This document shows positions 1 to 9,789 of a stretch of 64,000 nucleotides of DNA, in pieces. Below the pieces are notes generated by a model. The model did no database searches. It saw only the letters and a list, made by a program, of their open reading frames with translations, and was not told the origin of the DNA. The stretch comes from Spongospora subterranea f. sp. subterranea (lineage: Eukaryota), in the NCBI GenBank assembly GCA_049724395.1, contig JAUGWO010000009.1:124001-188000 (forward strand), given 5' to 3'. The position numbers and the translations under genes are program-made. Position 1 is the stretch's first letter; each line of letters begins with the position of its first letter.

Positions 1-790
1 GCTACAATCGTTCGATTTTCATATCGGACACATTCCGGGCGATGACAATGTCTGGGCAGACATCATGACAAGTTGGGGCGTTTTTCCAGTTGAAGGCGTT
101 TCCGCCACCATCAATTCTGTAAAGAAACTTTCATCCATCCCATTCGAATCGTACAAGTTCGGTGACGATTTCGCCTGGCCGAATGAACATACTATTTCCT
201 CCGCTCAACTTAGTATTTCTTTGATAACAAATTCGATACTTCAGCAGGATTTATCAACATCCTCGATCAAGAACTCATCTCAGATTTGGGCGCCCGACAA
301 CGACATAGTCATTCGTATTCTGACCATCGCTTCACCTGGGGCTTTCAGACCATCTTGTTGTCGATTCAATGATCGCCTTGATTACACCGTTATTCTGGTG
401 GCCAGGAGGTAAATACTCGTAGTTGTTTTTGTCTGACAATGCCTTGATTGCCTAAGGACAAAGGACATTAAAGTCAAAGGATACAGTCATGCCCAGGTAT
501 TCACGATATCAAACCTAATATGGTCATTCATTATGATTTCCTATTCATTTCCAAGACTAAAGGGGAATGCGCTGACACGCTCCATTACATTCTTGTGCTG
601 AAAGAGGATTTTAGCAAATTTGCCGAATTAGTGAATTGCGAGTCAGCCGACCATTTCGCCGTTGCCCACGCTTTCATTGATTGGTTTAAAAGGTTCGGCA
701 TTGTTTATCAACATGTTTCTGATCAAGGAACACACTTCAAAAACAGAATCATTGACGAACTTCTATCTCGCTTGCATGTGGCGCACCGAT
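1..790 (+). mobile_element. Ty3/Gypsy LTR retrotransposon relic (end of RNase H, zinc-finger and integrase core), frameshifted; runs off the window start
   Basis: Translation gives HYDFLFI..., LVLKEDFSKF, WFKRFG...VSDQGTHFKN (rve integrase core). It is a diverged inverted homolog of 941-1777. Confidence 0.85.
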
Positions 791-842
791 ACAAGAGCTT
801 TGAGTAGAACCAGAATGGAGTGGTTGAGCCGATCACGAAGGA

Positions 843-2120
843 CTAGACTGGGGAACGGAGGAGACGGGAGTGGCGACGACGAAACGGGTAAACGACCTTG
901 TTTGTGCCATTAGCCCAAGGTGTGTAAGCTGTTGTAAAGTGGTGCGCCACGTGCAAGCGAGACAATTGTTCCTCGATTACTTTGTTTTTTACATGGGTAC
1001 CTTGGTCCGACACTTGTTGAAATACAACGCCAAACCTCTTAAACCAATCGATAAGATCAACAGCAACGGCGACGTGATCTGCTGCCTCGCAAGGTATCAG
1101 TTTAACGAATCCAAATCCACCAAACTCGTCTTTGAGAACTAAGACGTACTGAAACTCGTGACAGCATCCGGATTTCGTTTTAGCAATGAATAGGAAATCG
1201 TAATGCATCACGTTATTCGGTTTAGACGCATGAATTGCGTGTCCGAACGGGCGCGGAATGACCTTATCTTTTGTTCGAAGACAATGCAGGCATTGTGATA
1301 CAACAACAACTATATCAGCTTTCATATCTCCTGGCCACCAGAATAACGGTGTAATCAAGGCGATTATTGAATCGACAAAAAGATGGCCTGAAAGTCCCAG
1401 GTGGGCAATGGTCAGAATACGAATGACTATGTCGTGGTCGGGCACCCAAATCTGATTTGCTGCCGACATCCATAGGGTTCGGCTAGTTGTGAGAATGAGT
1501 TCATGATCGAGGATGTTGATGAATCCTGCTGAAGTATCAATTTTATAATCAGAGAGGTACTTGAGTTGAGCTGCGGAAATAGTATCTTCATTCGGCCAGA
1601 CGACATCGTCAGCGAACTTGTACGATTCGAATGGGATGGATGAAAGTTTCTTTACAAAATTGATTGATGGTGGCGGAAACGCCTTCAACTGGAAAGACGC
1701 CCCAACGTGTGATGATGTCTGCCCAGCCATTTTCATCACCCTAGATGTGTTCGATATGAAAATCGAACGATTGTAGCTGTAATTGCCAACGCTCGAGACG
1801 ATCACCTGCTGTGCGACTCGTTGGTGGAGATCTTGATTGCCGGTCAAAATTATAAACCAGGTTTCTGTGATCTGTAAACAGTCGGAACGTGTCGCCAAGA
1901 AGAAATGATTTGAATCTATGGATCCCTTCGATGATTGGGTAACCTTCATTTTCTATAATAGCCCCAGTTTGCTTGACTGCCCTTGAAAGAACCGCTAAGA
2001 CACGCGAGAAGTTCATGACGTTTTGATTGAATAAACTTGGGAAAGTCTTCGTTGGAACTTGAGTCAGCAGCATTGCCCAAAACCGCATCGAAGCATCAGG
2101 GATCAGGCAGCGCGTGTAGT
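843..2120 (-). mobile_element. Ty3/Gypsy retrotransposon relic (RNase H plus integrase)
   Basis: RNase H-like FTDHRNLVY and RLERWQLQLQSFDFHIEHI; HHCC-like AH...GH...CLHC; integrase SDQGTH and TTAYTPWANG. Confidence 0.9.
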
Positions 2121-2359
2121 CATCCTTAACATGCGCCATCATGCGCTATCTCGTCGGCCGGAGTACGAATTCCATGGTGAAGACCCGAGCTGGCAACAGC
2201 AAAAAGCACCGCTTCAAACTAATGACCGTCCAGACCATCCGAGAAGCGCAAAGGGAGGACAACGCAAATCAAGTAATCTTGAACTATCGACGCTTTCTGC
2301 TCGATCTTGTCCCTGAGCAGGTCGATGACGGGGTTGCACCCTATCGTATGCATGATGGA

Positions 2360-3640
2360 TGTTCTGTTCCGCGACAAGGCGCTGGTGGTACCTACAATCG
2401 CGTCCAGGATTGCAGTGTTGAATGAACCCCATGATGGTCCTCTGGGCGGCCATTCCGGAATGTCCAAAACAGAGAGTAAAGCGACGGTTTTGGTGTGAAA
2501 ATATGAGCGGTTTAATTTAAAACTATGTTCGTTCCTGCGACCGTTGTCAGAGGACCAAGATACCCCGCAAATCCCCGAAAGGATTTCTGTGTCCATTACC
2601 AATTCCCACTGAGATCGATCTCTTTGGATTCATTGTCAAGTCGCCAGTGTCCAACTGGCGGGACTCCATTCTTGTGGTCGTCGATTGTGCATCTAAGATG
2701 TCTCATTTCATCGCATGCAACGAGGAAGTCTCGTCGTCGAACTAGCGGACCTGATCGTTAGGGAAGTTTTCCGACTCCACGGTTTGCCAGACGAAGAATT
2801 TCAGATCGATGTCCTCAGATGATCTCTAAGTTCTGGAAACACTTGCTCGAATGGCTCAACATCCAGCGAAAGCTTTGTACATCGCGCCATCCGCAGACGA
2901 ACGGCCAGATTGAAAGGTTTAACCAGGTACTGTAGCAATACTTGCGTGTATTTGTTTGACATCATCAGGATATCTAGGCGGAATGGCTAGCACTGGCCGA
3001 GTTCCATTATATTGACACCCAGTTTTCGTCCACCTGAATGACGCCGTTTTTCGCAAACTACGCATTTCCACCCTCGTTCAATTGACGCACCCGCAAGGGA
3101 AAACATTCAACAGCTACCTACGGTGGCAGCTCACCTCAAACGAATCCGGATTTATTTACGGAAACAGCTACGTCGGGCAATATCGGATATGAGGAAATAC
3201 GCGGATCGACCCCGTTTATCACAGGCTGTAGGGGACCTTGTCCTATTGCGTCGTACTGACCTACCCACCCGCCGGCCAGGCACCACCGATCATCGAATGG
3301 AACATCAGCTGGCCAAACAGTCAGCACAGCGTGCGACGTTCTGGTCACCGCAGTGGTAAATGACGTCACATATTCGATCAAGTTACCATCCCAATGGCGA
3401 ATCAATAACACGTTCCATGTTTCACAATTAGAACACTACCACATCAGCGACATTCCTGGCCTCGACTTGGTAGAACCACCCCCGTCATTGTACTGCAGGA
3501 TCAAGACATTTTGGACTCACGGATTCATAGACGACAAGTGCAATATTTAGTAGATTGGAAAGGCTACCCCCCATCTGAAAGGTCATGGGAACCTGCTATA
3601 GGAATTGCTGACCACTCTTCCTTGTTGCGACGACGCATAG
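2360..3640 (+). mobile_element. Chromovirus (Gypsy) integrase plus chromodomain relic, multiple stops and frameshifts
   Basis: HDGPLGGHSG (zinc-binding), SISLDFI...[33 protein letters not shown], and chromodomain [18 protein letters not shown]. Confidence 0.9.
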
Positions 3641-3651
3641 CCAATTTATAT

Positions 3652-4758
3652 CACGAGTACCCACTGGTGTCGGACCCCTCACCAGTTCTCGTCCTAACCT
3701 TGACGGTTGACCTACTCCCTCATACAGATCGCCAGATCTCATTATCAGCCGTAGTCAATACACCTCTGATTCTTTCCTAAGTCCCTCTTGAACGCCTTGC
3801 CTAATTCGAGCCACTACTTGCCAACCATAGACGCCTGTTTTAGCCCCCAGTCCTAATAGTATAATCAGATCACCCAAGTCATGTCTCGCTCAACAGTAGA
3901 GTCCAATTCCAGTTCTGCAACAAGATCAAACAGCATTAATCCCAGAATTACAGGCGTCAGTACAGACGTTATTGTTCCAACATCAACAAATGCAACAGCA
4001 AATACAAATACCGGTTCTAGAACCAAGAGTACGACTGCCCGAAGCTTTCAATGGCGACACATCCGCTTGCCGGGGACGCCGTCCTTGACGGATGGTTCCT
4101 AAAATGTCGGCTGCGACTTCCGCCCTATTTGGGTCTTCATAACGCTGTCGAAAAATTTGCAAAAAAATGGGGAAATTTCCAAAAACTGTAGGGTCTCTTG
4201 CGCTTCGAAAAATGGATTGAACCAGTCCCTGGCCAGACCGGACAGTAGACTGCCCATAAGGAGCACTCGGAAGTTGTCGGTGGCGTAAGTAATGGGCTGC
4301 TGTTGAATTACTAACAGCACTTGATATACAAATTCCCCGGCAAGCGGATGTGTCGCCATTGAACGCTTCGTGCAGTCGTACTCTTGGTTCTCGAACCGGT
4401 ATTTGTGTTTGCTGTTGCATTTGTTGATGTTGGAACAATAAAGTCTGTACTGACGCCTGTAATTCTGGGATTAATGCTGTTTGATCTTGTTGCAGAACTG
4501 GAATTGGACTCTACTGTTGAGCGAGACATGACTTGGGTGATCTGATTATACTATTAGGACTGGGGGCTAAAACAGGCGTCTATGGTTGGCAAGTAGTGGC
4601 TCGAATTAGGCAAGGCGTTCAAGAGGGACTTAGGAAAGAATCAGAGGTGTATTGACTACGGCTGATAATGAGATCTGGCGATCCGTATGAGGGAGTAGGT
4701 CAACCGTCAAGGTTAGGACGAGAACTGGTGAGGGGTCCGACACCAGTGGGTACTCGTG
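3652..4758. repeat. Long inverted repeat: arms 3652-4076 and 4334-4758 (425 bp), spacer 257 bp
   Basis: The arms are reverse complements with no net indel (both end pairs sum to 8410) and about six substitutions by eye. The ORF track shows the same MSRSTVESNSS peptide on both strands. Confidence 0.97.
4077..4758 (-). mobile_element. Gypsy gag 5' fragment with leader, truncated inside the capsid region
   Basis: Joining frames gives EPRVRLHEAFNGDTSACRG-FVYQVLLVIQQQPITYATD...LLSGLARDWF...YEDPNRAEVAADILGTIRQG, typical of retrotransposon gag. Confidence 0.8.
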
Positions 4759-4957
4759 TCCTGACATCAATGCCAAATCAATGGACTTCAAGAGACGACA
4801 TTCTGGCGCTAGAAAACGAAAATCTAACGATGAGCCAACAGCAATGTGGCATACGAAGGGTTGTAATATTGAAGACCAAGGAAGGACGAGGTCGAAAGAC
4901 AGTGCCGTGGTTGTTGTGCTTTTAATGACGACTTTGTTCGAAATTTGGTCGCTAAAA

Positions 4958-5792
4958 AAAAGCAGGAGTCAAATTCTCGCCACATAGGAACCTCGAAATG
5001 GACTTGCTCCAACAATCTGATCATCCCGAATTCAGCTCACAATATAAATGGCAAGATGCCTTGATCAACGACAAGATCACCCCGCGTTGGATACAGACTT
5101 TTATGGAGAAGTCAAATGTGAGGATTTCTGCATAGCCCACCGGTCAATCTCAAAACCATTGTCATTCCTATTCCTCCAAATACCACGTCGGTATATTTTA
5201 CGTCATTGTCACCCTCGCCAAGGACTTACTCCAACAATCTGATCATCCCGAATTCAGCTCACATTATAAATGGCAAGATGCCTTGATCAACGACAAGATC
5301 ACCCCGCGTTGGATACAGACTTTTATGGATAAGAAGAATATCGTGGGTAAAGCCCAAAACCGGGGAGCTCAAGGCGAATCCTGATCGTCAGGCTCATTTG
5401 GAAAAGCAGATCGCTATGACCTGGGCGTGGGCGGTCGCGAATTTCAATCTGGCGCGATCGGTGAAGAAACAGCCGAGAATTGGGACGAGACTCATTTCTT
5501 GTCGATATGGACAGCAAAACCTTAAAACAGAGGTGACAATGACGTAAAATATGCCGACGTGGTATCTGGAGGAATAGGTATGACAATGGTGGTGAGATTG
5601 ACCGGTGGGCTATGCAGAAATCCTCACATTTGACTTCTCAAACTTGATATCCATAAAATTCCTTATCCAACGCGGGGTTCATTGATCAAGGCATCTTGCC
5701 ATTTATAATGTGAGCTGAATCCGGGACGATCAGATTGTTGGAGTAAGTCCATGGCGAGGTTCCTATGTGGCGAGAATTCGACTCCTGCTTTT
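4958..5792. repeat. Inverted repeat (about 4958-5213 vs 5532-5792) plus a direct repeat (about 4991-5107 vs 5213-5329)
   Basis: GCAGGAGTCAAATTCTCGCCACATAGGAACCTCG matches the reverse complement near 5755-5788. CCAACAATCTGATCATCCCGAATTCAGCTCAC occurs twice on the + strand. Confidence 0.9.
5370..5620 (+). mobile_element. pogo/Tc1-mariner-like DDE transposase fragment
   Basis: Degenerate reading REFQSG...ENWDETHF...RGDNDVKYADVVSGGIGMTMVVRLTGG. The DET motif fits the first catalytic Asp region of pogo/DDE_1-type transposases. Confidence 0.55.
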
Positions 5793-5954
5793 CTTGTGCG
5801 GATTCCGCAGCTTAAACTGTGTTGGCGTCTCAGGATTACGAGCCTGAACTCGGGTTGTCAACACAGACACACGATTAGATCGATGGAGATAAATAATTCT
5901 TCTGTACTGAAAACTCCGGACAACAGACGGGTTTGATCCGTCTCAGTTCGTCAT

Positions 5955-6619
5955 TTCAGAAAGGTCGATGAACCTGCTTTGGGCGCTTGGACAGCAGGCT
6001 TTATTTTCAATTTGATTTCATCAGGAACACTCGCCCTTGGGAGATGTGTTCTTAAGTGGCGAACAATAATGGCGTGCAACACGCCCGTTCCAGAATCGAG
6101 ACGTCTTTGGAGACGATTTTTTGAAAGCACCCGTGGGAAATGTGTTCTTAAATCACGAATGATAATAGCGCACAACACGTCATATTCAAGTCACAACATG
6201 CATTGAATACTTTTCAATATCTGCAGCAGCAATGTTGTCGTCTAATGCATCTCCCTTGAAAACGGACATCTTTGCGGTTGGTGGGAAGCATGAGTCAATT
6301 ACAGTTGACGTCATCTGTTCATTCTACTCTCCAAGTCATCAGTCGTTCATTGCGAGATGGACGAGACTGTCCTCAATAATTTGACCGCATCCTTGACCTT
6401 TTTCAAGGGAGATGATACTGTCAGCAGACGACACCGTCATGCTGCTGCAGAAACTGATATTATTCAAATCATGTTGTCACTTGGATTTGGCGTGTTGCAC
6501 GCCATTATTGTTCGCCACTTAAGAACACATCTCTCAAGGGCGAGTGCTCCTGATGAAATCAAACTGAAAGTAAAACCTGCTGTTCAACCACCCAAAGCAG
6601 GTTCATCGACCTTTCTGAA
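5955..6619. repeat. Inverted repeat (about 5955-6085 vs 6489-6619) of an unidentified repeat family, with a third more diverged partial copy at about 6135-6260
   Basis: The peptide VLHAIIVRHLRTHL.RAS.PDEIKLK.KPAVQ.PKAGSSTFLK appears on both strands in the ORF track, and the DNA arms are reverse complementary. Confidence 0.9.
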
Positions 6620-7382
6620 GACAATTTTCGACGTGACTGTTCGACCCGTATATGCACAATCGTTGATTCGTCAGCGTTTATCGCCCGAAACGTCCTCATT
6701 CCATCGGTCGTTTATATTTCCGAGCAGGTGTCTTTAAGAAATTCGGGACCTGCATTGCGAAGGGCGACCCCAGGGTCCGTCCGGCAACAGAAGAAATCGT
6801 TGCTGCCATCCAGGCAAACCTTCCCAGTCTTCCAGATCGAGCCGTAATTGTCGAGATAGCGACGAATATTTGGTCGAGGACCAGGGCACGAGCGGTTAAT
6901 TCTGAACCAGTCGAGCAATTGCCGGCCAGCAAGACATTTTGGCAGGCGATGCGATTGGACTACCTCAGAAGTTCACTTGAAAATCAGAATGCGGACGAAT
7001 TCGCCGAAATTGTGAACTTGTCACTGTGGAGGTGAATATGGCAAGCCTTCGAACCGCCCTGGGTTTGCCACCATATCCGTTGTTTTCCGATATTTCATTC
7101 CGACGAACCCGTTCCGGCAGTTGTCGGACAAGACCTTAACGACGTCGATCATGTCCTATCGGACGACGAAAATTGAAGAATAGGCCTTTCTTTATTTGTG
7201 ACCGTACCCACAGGAATTGTAAAAATTATGAGCACTACGTCATAGATTCGTCGTACACATTGGCATAGCCACTTTGAGAACAGCCTCAGATGAAATATAT
7301 TAAGGGTTGCCTTGATACTCCATGCAGCCGTTAGTATACACGGAGTCCGAAGATTCACGAGGTCCGAAGATGTGTGTTTTAA

Positions 7383-7662
7383 TGTATATAAAATCTCACG
7401 TTCTTACCAATACCGGATTTCGGTTTAAGGACTCGTTTGGTTATGTCTTGAAAGCCAACTTGACCGTCTTGAACCAGTCATGGTAGTTGCTTTCTCCTAT
7501 CAGTAGGAGTTGTATAAGCGAGCTGAGCTTTGAAGGATCAATCTTCATCGCCGTTTCGCTTGCTGGTGTTGTTTCGATTGGACTTGCCGTATCTGGGCCC
7601 ATAACCAAACGAGTCCTTAAACCGAAATCCGGTATTGGTAAGAACGTGAGATTTTATATACA
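7383..7662. repeat. Perfect 63-bp inverted repeat (7383-7445 vs 7600-7662) around a 154-bp spacer; MITE-like or fold-back
   Basis: TGTATATAAAATCTCACGTTCTTACCAATACCGGATTTCGGTTTAAGGACTCGTTTGGTTATG and its exact reverse complement. Confidence 0.95.
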
Positions 7663-7800
7663 GTAGATTCTCTTATTACTTATAAACTTATTATTAATAA
7701 TCTCTTATAACTTATGAAAATCGCGTCCACCGAATCGGTTCTATGGTTTATAACTTATATTCTCTGATAACTAATAACTTATACGTTGTTTTGAAAAATA
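7661..7800. mobile_element. Probable terminal/subterminal end of a pogo/Tigger-like DNA transposon
   Basis: TA followed by CAGTAGATTCTCTTATT and AT-rich reiterated TAACTTAT-like motifs. TA|CAGT starts are typical of pogo-family TIRs. No partner TIR found. Confidence 0.4.
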
Positions 7801-7850
7801 GGTTATAAGAGAGCATACAAACATCAAGCAACTCCGTTCTCTATTGTACA

Positions 7851-8137
7851 AATTCTGCAGAGAGCAACGCGAGCAATTCTTGCGAGCTTGAAACAACAAG
7901 GTATAGATCGTATCTTTTATAAACGAGAAATGACTTTTTTATATGCTGTCTGCACGCGATAGCTATCGCGCCCAAGTTTCTGACGACCAGATGTGCCCGG
8001 AACTCATTCAGCGTTTCATCAAGGTGCTCGCCATGAGAGCATATAAAAAAATCATTTCTGTTTTATGAAAGATAAGATCTGATATTTTGCTGTTTCAAGC
8101 TCGCAAGTAATTGCTCGCGTTGCTCTCTACAGAATTT
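7851..8137. repeat. Diverged inverted repeat (about 7851-7960 vs 8028-8137)
   Basis: AGAGAGCAACGCGAGCAATT.CTTGCGAGCTTGAAACA pairs with TGTTTCAAGCTCGCAAG.AATTGCTCGCGTTGCTCTCT. Confidence 0.9.
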
Positions 8138-8304
8138 TTTTAAAAAAAACGTAGTTGCTTGATTAATTCACAGTTTTCCAGTGATTTCCCACAGAGTTTC
8201 GATGGACATCTGCAAAGCACTGATCTTTTGCTCCAATGTGATTTCGCTACAGCTCTCAGGCGCTTCAAGTTCAGCATCAGGCTCCGAATCTTCACGATAT
8301 GTGC

Positions 8305-9135
8305 TCAATATATCGTCTTCAGTAAATTCTTGGTGAACTTCGAAAGCAGCCACTGCTTCAAGAGTGCAAAACCTTGCTCGATAGGGTTCAACTGTGGCGA
8401 ATATGGAGGCAGGAACATGAGTTTCGCGCCTGATCTGTGTATGACCTGTTCCGATTCCCGATACATGTGGATCTGTGCATTATTTAAGATAACAATGCTC
8501 CTTGGAAGTGGCGACGGATTCAACTTCGGAGCGACAATTTCCAGGAAAGCATCATGGAACTTCTGGCGGGTGAACATCCCTTTGGTGCATTTCCAAGAGA
8601 ATCCCTTTGCATCGAACGCGGCGAAAACAGAGACTCTGTTCCTTCGTTGAAAAGGTTGGCGTACTACAGCTGGTGTAGTACATTGATCCTACCACGACCA
8701 AACAGTCGCGACCATCTTTGCTGTTTTCGTCAAGGAAAATTAGTTGCTCAGGATATGAACATATCGGCGGCAGCTTCAGATAATATTCTTTCAGCTATTC
8801 AGGAACTCTCCCGCGCTTTTCCAGGATTTTTCTGGACAATTTAAGATCATGACGAAGGGCCCGGCAAATTGTCGCAGACGATATATTTAGATCCTCTTGG
8901 AGTTCTTCAATATCGAAACAGGGACTGTTTACGATGAAGGTGTCATAAACCTCGGTGGGCCATCTCGCAGTTGTCGAACAGCGTCATTAACGACATTACC
9001 TGTCCTTTCAAACAGGGCAATCCAACGTTTGATGCTGGTTTCCCAACACCAAGAAGAACGGAGACGTCTCTATTGATGTAGAATAAACGTAATGCAAAAC
9101 AATGCATCTCCAACGTAGATCTTCGACTCTACATC
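8305..9135 (-). mobile_element. Tc1/IS630-family (DDE_3) transposase pseudogene
   Basis: IVILNNAQIH...GAKLMFLPPYSPQLNPIEQGF, the hallmark LPPYSP.LNPIE motif. An HTH-like N-terminus (TSIKRWIALFERTG) lies near 9000-9130. Confidence 0.85.
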
Positions 9136-9789
9136 CGTGATACCAATCTGATCAACCGCCCCGTAGTATTTCTACCGGGGAGGGCCAACGGATTAGTGCG
9201 GTTTTGGGCTAGTTGAGTTAGTCCAATCAGAGGAAAAATAATAAAACATTGCAGGTCTGCACATAATAGGCCGCTATTTATTCAGAGAAGAAATGTTTCA
9301 ACCAATTTCGGCAGTCAAACTGTCGAACCACCTGGGTCAAACTAAAACCTTGCTCGGAATTTGGTGACTCCCTCGGACATTCTCTTAAACCCACAATACG
9401 TACAGTACTTCAGCAATAACGATCTAGATTTGAGGTGTACACTTTGTAAATTACGCGTACCAAAAACAGGTCACTCCTTTATTACTAACAGACAGTTTAA
9501 CAGACCATGAAAAAGGGCCGGTCTCCTGTCAGGAGACCGTTGAAATCTTATCGTGTAATGACCAGGAATATAGCGTCATGTATAAACATTAACTTTGACA
9601 TGCATCTGATATAGAGGTGGGAATCCTCAGGCTAGTGGGGTATATGATGGCGCTTGTCAGCTGACAATCGAGCAGGGTTTTGTGAGCAGGTATTATGGGC
9701 CAACAACTCTATTGGGCTGACATGCTCTTGAATCCTGGAAGGCCTAATTCCCAGGAATTGAGAAATTCCATGAAGTAGTTACAATTCTT

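Noticed and set aside
3881..4529. Duplicated MSRSTVESNSS small genes
   Set aside because: These are alternative-frame readings of the gag fold-back arms.
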